Of a stretch of DNA of 64,000 nucleotides, positions 49,119-61,030 are shown one piece after another. Location: contig JARFYF010000112.1 of the NCBI GenBank assembly GCA_030265395.1, forward strand, positions 77,389,880-77,453,879, in the 5' to 3' direction. Both the position numbers and the translations under genes were made by a program. Numbering within the stretch: position 1 is the first letter of the stretch; the number at the start of each line of letters is the position of its first letter. This DNA is from Rhina ancylostomus (taxonomy: Eukaryota). Under the pieces are notes generated by a model. That model had not been told where the DNA came from. It did not search any database and saw only the letters and a program-made list of their open reading frames with translations.

Positions 49119-49525
49119 AAAAGCAGAGAGGAATTTTACTCTCTGAAGCTACAGATAATTTGTGATGTCAGACTTGGCATCATTCATGATAATGCCGGTT
49201 TCAAGGGAGCTGTCATAACTTTTATGTTCTGTGACAGCAAAGATTCACAATGTTCTCTTCCACACAGATGACAAGCTGTATGGAAGAGTACATCTATCCT
49301 CTTCCACCTTGGTTGATCACATAGCCATGACATCTTACAAGGCTAAAAAGTGTTACAACCTTAGAAAAGGCTGAAACAATTTTCTGAGAAGCCCTGTACA
49401 AAGCCCATGGTGTTGCTTTTTGATCTTTGAAGAAAATCTGTTGCCTGGATCAGTGAAGAATCCTTTTATAATACACACTACAGCAAGTATTCCAGATAGT
49501 CATGGTACAACTGGGAATGCTGTTG
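49119..49525 (+). mobile_element. Fossil PIF/Harbinger (HARBI1-like, DDE_Tnp_4) transposase
   Basis: Across frameshifts: KSREEFYSLKLQIICDVRLGIIHDNAGFKG, SCHNFYVL*Q, YPLPPWLIT (from 49295), AKKCYN and LKKICCLDQ*RILL*YTLQQVFQIVMV. These are colinear with NRKGF.SLNVQ.ICD…A.FPGS.HD..IL…YPL..WLMTP…E..YN…LK.RF.CLD.SG..L.Y. Confidence 0.75.
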
Positions 49526-49679
49526 TTACGGCAGAAAGACCGATATGGAGATGGTCTTATTTCAAAAAATGCTAGAGTGTGGAGGAAGTAACTGGATTAT
49601 AATTGAAAGAAAATGAACTTCAGCAGGTTTAAAACACATCAGAGAGAAGCTCTGGGATGTTCTGCAGGAACTGCAGCAT

Positions 49680-49752
49680 CCCTCTGATTTCCTCCAGCAT
49701 CTTGTGTGTGTTGTTCCAGACTTCCAGCATCTTCAGTCTTTCTTGTGTCTGG
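49680..49752 (+). mobile_element. 3' tail fragment of the Penelope-derived repeat (no hammerhead)
   Basis: TTCCTCCAGCATCTTGTGTGTGTTGTTCCAGACTTCCAGCATCTTCAGTCTTTCTTGTGTCT. Confidence 0.7.
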
Positions 49753-50402
49753 GTTTTTTGGGTGAGACCTGCTGCCCACAATCACAAGCCACATTTACAA
49801 ATTGCCCAAACTTGTATCTAGAGATCCTCAAGACTAATCTTCCTGGAGTAGATGGTCTCAGAGTCAAGCAACAAGTCCCTGAGCAGTGACAAAGATTTGG
49901 TTGACATAATGGGCAAGAACAAACTGCACCTGCAGAACTCCTTGGGAAGCTTTGAACACCAGCCCAACCGCCCCCCCCCCCCCATTCCTAGCATGTGTCA
50001 CAGCCATGAGTTTTTCAAGGTTTCTGAGTCTTAAGTTGGAATATCCAAAATAATTGAAATGAAATTCTTAAACATTTCAACAAATGTTCGAATTTTTGAA
50101 AAGCTAAAGAAATCTAAAAGTACTTAAAACTCTTTTAAATAATTAAGGGCATTGTATAAGGCGCAAATAATTAAAATAAATGTAACNNNNNNNNNNNNNN
50201 NNNNNNNNNNNNNNNNNNNNTTCAATCTCTATTCAAGTGAATGGACTGATTGATCTATTGTTATTCTAACCTGACATAGAACTCCAAGCAAATATTCCAA
50301 TGTAAATCTGGTAATGTTGTGCTGGAACCCCACAACTTACTTCCACATAAGTTGAAAAATGAAAAGTGTTCAGTGCAGAGCCCAATAAAACCTGGAAAGT
50401 CG

Positions 50403-50797
50403 ATCAGAATCAGATTTATTATCACTGACATATAACATGAAACTTGTTTTGTGGCAGCAGTACAGTGCAAAGACATAAAATTCTATAAATTACAAAAACA
50501 AATAAATAGAGCAAAAAAAGGAATAATGAGGTTGTGTTCATGGATTCATGGATCATTCAGAAATCTGATGGCGGATGCTGCCTTCTTGAGGCACCGCCAT
50601 CCTGAGGCACAGCCTTGTTGAAGATGTCCTTGATGGTGGGGAAGGTTGTGCCCATGATGGAGCTCGTTGAGTCTCCAACCCTCTGCAGCATCTTGAGATC
50701 TTGTGCATTGGAGACTCCATACCAGGCTGTGATGCAATGGACAGAATGCTCTCTACTCTACATCTATAGAAATTTGTAAGAGCCTTTGATGACGTAC
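50403..50797 (-). mobile_element. Rex1/Babar LINE 3' fragment
   Basis: Encodes SKALTNFYRCRVESILS and CLKKAASAI. The tail reads ATCAGAATCAGATTTATTATCAC on the plus strand. Confidence 0.85.
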
Positions 50798-51632
50798 CAC
50801 AACAAGAAGCAAACAAGGTAATGAGAAATTCTTTCAGTAGCAGGTTAAGAGCAGTCAGGAGTGATGAGAACCATTAAAGTTGGTTATAAGATCATTAATT
50901 TTGATGAGTATAATTTTGTTAATATATTGAATTCCAGGTATTTATAAGAGAAGAGTTAGTTAAGCTATTAAGGTGGATAGAAAAAATTGAATGTAACACG
51001 AGAGTCCCACTTTATTTATATAAAGCACTCTTTTCAAAGATTACAGGTGAAGTAAGGAAATATAATATCGTTACAGAGACAGATTTCATTTGTAAGTTTG
51101 GTTAGGAAAGTGCTAAAATAAGCAAAAGGAATTAAAAAGTGGGGGCTATTTGACAAATAGGGAGAGAAGATTCAGCGGGAAACACAACATGATAGCTTTA
51201 GGTGACATTATCTGATGTTCAGAGTTTGTTGGAGAGATTACAGTACAGACATATCGAAAGTGGCTTTGTGATGCATTGATTTTAATGAGAGATTGAACAA
51301 TAAATAGTTAAGCCAGTGATTGAATCTGCTACGCCAAAATGTCTACCCCTGGAGCAGAAGAAATAAAATATTCAAAAGAATAAATTAATGGCAAATAAAA
51401 TGCAACATTGACAATTGTAAAGTACTTCACATTGATATAAGTACTTTGCACAAATGGCAGAGAACAAAACAAGCAGGAGACCTGGTGTAAGGATTAATGA
51501 AGATTGGAAAAGGATCAAAGTAATATTGTTCATAGGTCAGTGCAAGGTTCATTTTTGTTGTTGATGTGTATAGGTGATAGCCTGGACAATCCAAAATTTG
51601 TTGATTTCACATTTCTTCTCCCCATCATCCTC

Positions 51633-51735
51633 ACTACCTCAATGTAATGTGTAATAAATTGATCTGTACGAACAGTATGCAAGACAAGTTTTTCACTGTA
51701 CCTTGGTACAAGTGACAATAATAAACCAAAACCAA
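51633..51735 (+). mobile_element. Rex1/Babar 3' terminal fragment
   Basis: ACTACCTCAATG…GATCTGTACGAACAGTATGCAAGACAAGTTTTTCACTGTACCTTGGTACAAGTGACAATAATAAACC. Confidence 0.8.
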
Positions 51736-51814
51736 TATTATCACTCCCATTTCTTAGCAGGAGCTTGCTTGTGAATCATTTGCTGTGAATAAACTTGTCT
51801 GTCCTCCAGAAATA

Positions 51815-52310
51815 CACAAAATAGTAGCTGGAGTAGGCCACTCAGCCCCTCAAGTCTGCTGTACTATTTACTAAGATTATGGCTGATATCTGATTATAGC
51901 TTCNNNNNNNNNNNNNNNNNNNNNNNNNNNNNNNNNNNNNNNNNNNNNNNNNNNNNNNNNNNNNNNNNNNNNNNNNNNNNNNNNNNNNNNNNNNNNNNNN
52001 NNNNNNNNNNNNNNNNNNNNNNNNNNNNNNNNNNNNNNNNNNNNNNNNNNNNNNNNNNNNNNNNNNNNNNNNNNNNNNNNNNACTCTGCATTCCAGTCTA
52101 CATGTGGTAAAATCTACATATATACCTGATATATGTGTTTCAATCAGGTATTTTCTCACCCTGATAAACTTTCACTGTTCATAAGCATAATCCATCCAAC
52201 CTTTCCTCAGAAAACAGCCTGCCTATTCATGGTATTTGTTTTGTAAACCTTAACTGAACTGCTTCCAACACATTTACATTCATTGTTAAATGAGAAGCTC
52301 AAACCATTAC
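51815..52310 (-). mobile_element. CR1 3' fragment spanning a gap
   Basis: GGAGTAGGCCACTCAGCCCCTCAAGTCTGCT…ATGGCTGAT before the gap, and CR1-like antisense sequence after it. Confidence 0.6.
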
Positions 52311-52334
52311 AGAGTAGTCTATTTAAAGAAGATG

Positions 52335-52531
52335 CATTGACGTAGGTGGCAGAGTTGCTGTCTCAGAGCACCAGCAATCTGGGTGGGATCCTGATCCTCA
52401 GGGGGCTGTCTGTGTGGAGTTTGTATGTTATCCCTGTGAATTTATGGGTTTTCTCGAGTTGTTTTGATTTGCTCCAACATCTCAAAGTGCGCAAGTTGGT
52501 AGGATTGGGCACTGTAAATTGCTCCTCATGT
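52335..52531 (+). mobile_element. V-SINE 5' part, cut by a Rex1 insertion
   Basis: GAGTTGCTGTCTCAGAGCACCAGCAATCTGGGTGGGATCCTGA…CTGTCTGTGTGGAGTTTGTATGTTATCCCTGTG…GGCACTGTAAATTGCTCC. Confidence 0.75.
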
Positions 52532-53715
52532 CAGAATCAGATTTATTAACACCAACATATGATGTGAAATTTGTTGTTCTGCAGCAGCAAGATAAAAGTC
52601 TGTAAATTATAAAAATAAATAAGTAATGAATTTAAAAGAGGAATAATGAGGTAGTGTTCATGGATCATTCAGCAATCTAATTGTGGAGTGAAAGAAGCTG
52701 TTCCTGAATCATTGAGTTTGGGTCTTCAGGCTCCTGCACCTCCTTCCTAGATTCGGGTAGTAACAAGAAGAGGGCAAGTCCTGAATTGTGAGGGTCCTTA
52801 ATGATGGATGCTGCCTGCTTTAGGCTCTGCCTCTTGAAGATGTCATCAATGATGGGGAGGGTTGTGCCCATGGTGGAGCTGGCTGAGTCTATAAAACTCT
52901 TCAGCCTCTTGTGATCCTGTGCATTGGAGCCTCCATACCAGGCTGTGATGCAACCAGTCGGAATGCTCTCTGCCATACATCCATAAAAATTTAGAAAAGT
53001 CTTTGGTGATATACCGAATCTCCTCAAAATCCTAAAGAAGTAGAGCCCCTGGCGTGCCTTCTTCGTGATTACATCAATGTGTTAGGTTCAGGACAGTACC
53101 TCCAAGATGTTGATGCCCAGGAACTTGAAGCTGATCACCATCTCCACCCCTGACCTCTCAATGAGGACTGGTGTGTGTTCTCCTGACTTCTCTTTCCTGA
53201 AAACCACAATCAATTCTTTGGTCTTGCTGATGTTGAGTGCAAGGTTGTTGTGACACTGCTCAACCAGCTGACCTATCTCACTCCTATACACCACCTCATG
53301 GCCACCTGAAATTCTGCCAACAACAATGGTGTCATCAGCAAATTTATAAATGTTGGTTAAGCTGTGCCCAGCCACACAGGCATGAGTGTAGCAAGAGTGG
53401 AGCAGTGGGCTAAGGATGCATCCTTGACGTGTGCCTGTGTTGATTGTCAACGAGGAGGAGATGTTACTACCAATCCGCACTGACTCTGCAACCTGGGCCT
53501 CTGTACCTCCCTCTGCATCTGGATCCTCAACTTCCTTCCAGATGCAGAGGTACACATGCCCAGGTTTTGAAGTTTGATGATTAGTATTGAGGGGATGATG
53601 GTGTTGAATACTGAGCTATTATTGATATATAGCAGCCTTACATATGTTTTGCAGTTGTCTAGGTACTTCAAAGCAGAGTGGAGAGCCAGTAAGATTGTGT
53701 CTGCTGGAGTCCTGC
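52532..53715 (-). mobile_element. Rex1/Babar LINE RT fragment with an internal inverted segment
   Basis: Peptides ADTILLALHSALKYLDNCKTYVRLLYINNSSVFNTIIP, TINTGTRQGCILSPLL, IYKFADDTIVVGRI, LALNISKTKELIV and SFKFLGINI. The segment at ~53485-53545 reads in the opposite orientation (WKEVEDPDAEGGTEAQVAE). Confidence 0.92.
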
Positions 53716-54311
53716 TATAACTCAAAATTTTTTGAATTGGCACCTTATTAAATGTTTTCTGGAAATCTAAGTATAATACATCTACCAGTCCCCCTTTAAC
53801 TGCAGTACATTTAACTTCTTTCAGTACAAAAACTATGAATCATAACTCTGTTTTATACATTCTATTCAACATAATATTCACAGTTTCACATCCCCTTATT
53901 TACAATGAAGACTAATTTTTGCCCTCAAGTTTCCTTCAAGTTCTTTATCAAGCTCCATATATGCAAAATCCAATTTGTTTTTGCTTATCAGTTCATTCCA
54001 TTACACTATCCACTAACTTTAACTTTGTCAGGTGTAACTTAGATTTCACAACTCCATCTTGACTGTGCTAAATTTAGAGGAATAAGTCAACAAAGTATGT
54101 TTTTTTTTGTTTTCATTCTGTTACACTATTTTAATAACCCCAGGTTTTAATTTTCAATTCATAACTCTGCAGAGTTGTACTTCTAAATACTAATTGAATG
54201 CCTTTGTTCAACTCTATTATTATATCAGGACTTAAATTCTAGCCAAGATGCACAATATTTGATAACATTGGCTGAATATGATTTATCTAATTCTATCAGC
54301 AGGGCAGAACA

Positions 54312-54529
54312 TTTCTGGAATTTTCTCTGAAGATTTGTTGAGGCAGTCAGTGAATGTATTCAAGGTGGAGACTGACAGATATTTAAACTATAGGGGAGTC
54401 AGGAGTTATGGGGAGAGAGTGGGAAGATAGTGTTGAGTCTAATACTGGATCAGCCAATATCTTATTGGATAGTGGAGCAGACTCGAGGGCTACCTGGCCT
54501 GTTCCTGCTGCTATTCCTTTTTCTTATGT
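54312..54529 (+). mobile_element. CR1 3' end
   Basis: GAGGCAGTCAGTGAATGTATTCAAGGTGGAGACTGACAGAT…GGATCAGCCA…GTGGAGCAGACTCGAGGG…TTCTTATG. Confidence 0.75.
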
Positions 54530-55223
54530 AACATGCATTTCACAGAAGGTATTATGATTGCAAAGCCAAGCAGTTATATTTATGTAATAGCATCATTGCA
54601 ATTGCTGGAATCAGAAAAAAGAAAATCACTTGTAAGATAATTCCAGTCATTCAAAATCACTGTTGATTTTATTAGCAGATGAACACAAATCCTGTTTATC
54701 TGACAGTCCTAAGCCTGTCATTTTAATGCAGGATAATCTTTTTATCTGAAGTGGGTTAATGTCTTTGCTAAAAAAGCTTTAAAAGAATTGTCAGGTGTTA
54801 AGCATTCATCTACTAAAATCACCGACAATAACCTCTCATCCTGGGTTATACTGAGTCAGCGAGAAGTAATATTGACACAAATAATTTTTAACTCAGAAGA
54901 ATGAGAACGTGAGGGAAAACAATAAATTTCCATCGGATCTTATTCTTTGAACCCACTGATGAGGCAATCTTTCAAAAACGTTGTGTTCATTTAGGAGGGT
55001 TGTTGAGCTTAAAATAGTGAAGAACATGAATTATATGATCCACATCACTCCACACTGGAGCCCTTCAGGACTGACCCAATCTATGTCTGACAGATCAGCA
55101 GGAAAACAAGTAATTCTTGTGGCTGATGGGCACATGTCTCCAGATGAGCAATAAAACTTTTTTCTCACTGTAATGTATGTATGAGTAAAGTTACCTTCAA
55201 GATTTGGACACAGCTGAGGATGG

Positions 55224-55566
55224 ATGAGGAACATTGATAGGGTACACATTTGTAAAGCTTTTCCCATAGCCAAGGTGTCCTATAATCAAACTGCATCATT
55301 TTAAGCTAAGGAGTATGGGGTTTGGAGAGAATACAAGGACATTTTTCACCCAGAGCATTGCTGGAGTTTGGAATGCACTGCCCAGGAGGGTGGTGGAGGC
55401 AGAGACTCTTACAACATTTAAGAAGTATGTGGATGAGCACTTGAATCGCCAAGCAATAGAAAGCTATGGATCCGGTGTTGATAAATGGGATTAGTAACAA
55501 TGGGTACTTGATGGTCAGCATAGACATCGTGGGCTAAAGGACCTGCTTCCGTGGTGTATGACTGCA
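55224..55566 (+). mobile_element. CR1 3' end
   Basis: TTTTTCACCCAGAG…GGAATGCACTGCCCAGGAGGGTGGTGGAGGCAGAGACTCTTACAACATTTAAGAAGTAT…GTGGGCTAAAGGACCTG. Confidence 0.8.
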
Positions 55567-57739
55567 ATTCTGTAAGCGAGTTACCATGTACCAGCCAGTT
55601 CTGCTTAGATGAGGGTTACTGTCCTCAGTGAAGCTCCACTTCTGTTTCTTGATATACATGCAACAACACAAAAGGGCAGTGATGGCACCAGGCAGTGAAC
55701 AGGTCAGATTCTGAGAGATTGTTGAGATTCCAGCAAAATTGGGTGAAAAATAATGTTTATGCCTAAACTTGATTTTCTTCAAGGCATAGTACCAGGATGG
55801 AGGCAAAATTAAGTTAATTTTCTATTTCAATAATCTTTCCTTGTATGTTTCTCTTGCAGTCTTAGAAGAACTCAAGCTGACTCCATGCCTTTGTGGTCTG
55901 TTGCCAAGCGTGAACAGTGTTCAGTTTAAAATTTTAGAGTCACATAATTTAGTTTAGTTTCAAATCTGGCCTTCACTCATAAACCAAAGACAATCTGAGT
56001 TTAAATTTCCAATCGCAACTGTCACTCAGATAACATTCTCAGTAAAATACCAATCATAATTCATTGTAAAACATTAAGGAGAAAAATATTCATTTAATAA
56101 ATTTATCATTGAGATGCAATGGTTTGGGACAGAGCAGAGTATTTCCTGGAACTTACAAAGAACTGGTTTTTACACACCTCCTTTGTTAAACCCCTTTTCT
56201 TTTTTTTGTATTTAATGATACAGAATTTTCACTATGTTGTAGCTGGCTACAGATTATTAATAATTTTCTATGACAGGAATATTCTGAAGCTGAAGCTTAT
56301 TGTATGTTTTTCCTCAGCAGGCATTAATCTTTCTACCCATTTATTAATTGTAGACAGCTGTCAAACAGAAAGTCTTTGAACTTTATGTTCCCAGCTGGGA
56401 TTCACATTCTGTTTGTCTAAATGTTATGAAGTCTGTATAGCTTGAATATCAGTGAGCTTATGCTTAAAATGTCATATTTAGATTTAGCAGCCAGGACATT
56501 TACGGCAGTTATTAGGTTCCTGGTTTGAATATAATAATTAGAAATAAACACCAGCTGTGAAGAAGGAATGGGGAAGGAAAATCAAAGTTAATACATTTTC
56601 TGATGTGATGCAGCAACTAAAGGAATTTGACTCTCATCTTTCACACATTTTAATTGGTTTCATGGTATAAAGCTGAGAAGTCTGGTTGTGCAAAAACAAT
56701 AAAACAGATTTGTGTTTTATGCACCACTGTGCAGTTTGTGAAAGTTGAGAAATGTAGTTAACTACTTTTTGCATTTAAGGAGTGAGAGGAAAGGTGACTA
56801 TCCACTGTATAGTCTGTAAATGATTCTGTCATTTTTGAGGAGGCTTACTGACCAATATTAAGCATTTGGTCATTTAAAATGTTCATGTCCCTTTCCAGCA
56901 TGGTCATTTATTGATGGCTGAGATATGACTGATTTGATATTTGATCAACTGAGATATTGCCAAAAGCTTATTCAGAAAAGTTCATACATTTTCTAATAAC
57001 CATCTGTCTTTACAAAAAATAATTCCACGATCATTGAGACAACCAAGGAGCAATTTCAACCAAATTTCTTTGAGTTTCTTCGTCTGTTCAAAGTGTGTTG
57101 GGTGGCCATAAATGAAATGAATAATAGTAAAATGAGGGTTCACTATTTTCTTCTTATTTACTATAAAATAGTATACTGTGAAATCTATTCAGTTCTTCAA
57201 ATACCTTGCCATAATTTCAATGGATGTCTGCAGACCTCCACAGAACTGCAAGTACATGACCACTTTTAATCACTTTTTCATTAATCTAGAGGTGATCACC
57301 ACTTGTAATATCCTTGTGGAAATTATAGGTAAGACACTTATAAATACAAACAGACAAGCAATGGAACAACAGAAATATCCTTCCTTTGTACATGACAAGA
57401 GCATATGATCAATGATGGATAAGTAAATGATCAATGAATCAATGATAGATAGAAGGGGCAAGGAAGCTTAGAGAAATTTGGTTAAATTGCTTCCTGGTTG
57501 TCTCTTTATGATAATGAGACTATATTTTTATTAAAGTGGCATGGTTTTCAGGGAATGAATGAGTAGGTGTTGTTGCAGGTCAATAGAAATGCAAGATTGG
57601 GGAGAAAACAATCTGTGAAACTCCTTGCCAGTCACATCAGGGAAATAGCTCCTGATCCTGGAGATCATTCTTGCTCTGTATTATCCAGGATATTTATCTG
57701 TTAAAAGACACAATGTCCATCCTCGCCAATGGATTCCAG

Positions 57740-58095
57740 TACTCCCTTGAATCAGCATTCAGCGCATGAAACAGAAGCCACTTCCTGACATTTAATCTTA
57801 TTTGGCCTTGTACAGTTTAAAATCCCCTGGTCCTCTTTAATCCATATAATGAAAATAAATTGTAAACTGGAATACAATTTAGTTTGTTAATTTTCTGATA
57901 AATCTCAATCCGATCACTTCTTTGTCTCCACTTCTCTAAAAAATAAGAACCCCAGCTCTTTCATACCTCCTTGATAATTCTAATGTGAGGAATTGACCTC
58001 ACAGCCCTCTTCTCTATCCTTTCCAAAGCTTCAAAATCATCAGCCATGAACAGGCATGGAAAATGTGCATAGCATCCCAGGTGAAATCTAATCCA
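57740..58095 (-). mobile_element. Very old CR1 fragment
   Basis: AAGAACCCCAGCTCTTTCATACCTCCTTGATA…CCCTCTTCTCTATCCTTTCCAAAGCTTCAAAATC. Confidence 0.5.
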
Positions 58096-59140
58096 AACAA
58101 TATGTATCTACAAATATATTTGATGTCTCAAAGATTTAGCATATACTCAGTCAGAGGTGTGCATTGCTATAAAAGAGGGTTATTATATCACAGCCATTAT
58201 TCTCTAATCACAATCCATTTTGGCACAGTTCTGTATTGAATTTGGCCTACAGCAATGTATAATTGAGTATACATTTTTATTTGGTCGCTTACACAAAACA
58301 TACATATAATTTAGCAACACTACTTTGCATTCAGTAGAAACAAGTTCTGAAAAAAGATTGTGATGTACAGCTGATACTTTATCTGTATGTTTAGTGCAAT
58401 CAACTGAGGATCAACCCTTGTACAGCTCCCCCCATCATTTGGACATTGACATTGGTGATCAATTAGCTTTATCTATTGTAAATTCAGGTTTGCGTTTTGA
58501 CTCATGGGGCCATGTAAAATGAAAAGTTAAGCTCTATTTGATGAATTTTCTGAGGAACAAAATTTAATCTTGACTTCTTGGGAATATAACCATATAAAGA
58601 TGTACTGGGCAAAGGATCTTATATTAACTTTTATTATTGCTATTTATCTTTACCCTTGGAATTCAATTGGAATTTTTTATAAGATACAGCACTTTTATAT
58701 TGTGCTGGTAAATCTTTTTTGTGAACTTATTACAGGCAGATTACTTAAATACAAAAGATGATTGATTCAATGACTAAACTAGAAAGTGACTTGCAATTTT
58801 TGGCAGATGTTTGTATTCTTGGAAACCAGTAATAAATCAAAGTAAATGTTAACCTGAAGGTTTACATCTTTATTTCTAATTATTGGTTTAGACTAAGATG
58901 TGGAAGGTGATGTCATTGCAATAAAGCAAAGTTAAAGGCTGATACAATTCTCAGAAATATTTTATTTAGCAAAAGCTGAAAAATACAGATCAGATTAGAA
59001 CTCTCATTTAAATTGTTGAGCTGTGTTGTCTGATCTCTACCATGACATGGAGCTATAAAGTAGCCTTACTGTCTTCTGTTGTGTTTGTTGATAAACTTGC
59101 CTCAAAATCAAGTCAAAATTAAAGTTATTGTCATATGTAC

Positions 59141-59178
59141 TGTTACAGACTAGGTTACAATTAGTGAGGTTCCTTTAA

Positions 59179-59215
<37 letters not shown>

Positions 59216-59627
59216 NNNNNNNNNNNNNNNNNNNNNNNNNNNNNNNNNNNNNNNNNNNNNNNNNNNNNNNNNNNNNNNNNNNNNNNNNNNNNNNNNNNNN
59301 NNNNNNNNNNNNNNNTACTCTCTATTTTCTCTCTGCATCTACGTTTTATCTCCAGACAACGGTGGTTGTTGAAGAAGTCTTTACTCATGTTTTACCTTAT
59401 GGCTTGCTGAACTGAACTTTGAGAACCTTTCCTGGATGTGGAGTCTGGGAATTTGACACACACATGACAAGTTTAGTTAGTTTTGGGAGTTAATGTTCGG
59501 GGTTTAACATTTTTGCTTCTAACATTTTTACTTTTATTTTACTTATTATCATAAGTAGTTATTAATAAAGTAGTCTTTAACATTTATACATATCTTGGTG
59601 TGTTTCTTTTGTTGCTGGTACATAACA
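59141..59627 (+). mobile_element. Solo LTR with perfect 4-bp TSD GTAC
   Basis: Starts TGTTA and ends TAACA (5-bp inverted repeat). GTAC lies at 59137-59140 and 59628-59631. AATAAA at 59564-59569. Confidence 0.85.
59182..59215. repeat. (TG)n microsatellite running into a gap
   Basis: About 17 TG units are visible before the 100-N gap. Confidence 0.95.
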
Positions 59628-60639
59628 GTACAAGTACTTGTATGCACAGGTGCAGTGAAAAAATTACTTGCAGCAGCATTACAGACATATAGCATTAGAC
59701 ACACAATATTCACAAGAAAAACATAAATTAAACATAAGTTATACACAAACTTTACAAGAAAGGACAAGATTAGAACAAAAAAATGACAGTCCATTTTAGT
59801 GCAAAGTGGCCAAAGTGGTTATGGTGTTGCTGTACTGAGGTAATGATTAGGGTTGTGCAGGTCAGTTCAAGAACCAAATTATTGAAGAGAACTAGCTGTT
59901 CTTGAACCTGGTGGTTTGGGAGTTCACATTTCTGTACCTCCTGCCTGATGGTAGCTTCCAGAAGATTGCATGATCCGGATGACGGGGATCTTTGATGGTA
60001 GATGTTGCCTTCTTGAGGCAGTGCCTCATGTAGATACTATTGATGATGGGGAGAGATGTGTCATGATACATTGGGCTGAGTCTGCTACTCTCTGCAACTT
60101 CTTACATTCCTGCACAATTGAATTGCCGTACCAGATAATGATGCAACCAGTCAGGATACTTTCACCTTTTGTTGCCATTGCAAGTGGCTCTATTACCTCA
60201 AGACTAAGGTTGGGAATAATGAACATGAAGTCCTGCATGCAGATCCAATGATCTGCTGGTGAATGTATCAAAGTAAGTCTGGAAAAGAGCAGAATCAGTT
60301 TTGACTTCAGATTAATAGCCTGTCAGTATTGCACCGCCTCTGATACAAACTAGTTTTAGTACCCTTAGCCCAGACAGGGAAAGTTTGCCTGGGTCACATT
60401 CCCGACTCATAACAATGTGTTTAGAGCAACTCAGCTGCAATAACAATGCCTTGCATCGTCAGTGGTGCATTGCGTGTTGCTCAGCTGGGTATGGAATTCT
60501 CTCCCAGTGATATATTATCTTTGACAGGATATAATGAGAGATTTTGGAATTAAAAGGATCCAGAAAAAAAGTTCTCAGGATGGTGGAAGTACTGCTAGTA
60601 TTATTGTATGTGAGGACATATGAAAATGGGCAGGAGGTT

Positions 60640-61030
60640 GTTAATGGACTATTAATTCAAACTCTTTGAAGAGTAATCCAGAGAATATGAATTCACTTCT
60701 TTCCAAGGACAATACAGAGGTTGAATTCAGTTTACTATTCAAAAGGAAATTAAAAAGTCACTTTCCATAAAACTGGCAACAGTGCTTTAGATTGTAGTAG
60801 AGAGTCAAATAGTTATTCACCACTTTTGTTTCATGAAAGTAAACCTCTATCTTTGCCTGTCCATCACATAAGTATGGTCCCACACCTGGAATCTAACTTG
60901 TCCTCTGAAGTGGTCACTTTTGCCAACCTGTCTGGAAAGGAGAAACCAATATCAGTGCAGGGCGATAAGAGATGGCAATAAAAGCTGTCCTTACCAGGAA
61001 TGAGTAAGTCCTCCGATCATTTTATATATA
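60640..61030 (+). mobile_element. Degenerate tRNA-derived SINE (family of 535-1330)
   Basis: TGGACTATTAAT…TAATCCAGAGAATATGAATTCA…GGGCGATAAGAGATGGCAATAAAAGCTGTCCTTACCAG. Confidence 0.5.

Larger units (their letters stand above)
59110..60165 (-). mobile_element. Rex1/Babar LINE 3' fragment interrupted by a solo LTR
   Basis: Encodes ESILTGCIIIWYGNSIVQECKKLQRVADSAQCI. The 3' UTR TTATTGTCATATGTAC|AAGTACTTGTATGCACAGG rejoins across the LTR. Confidence 0.85.
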
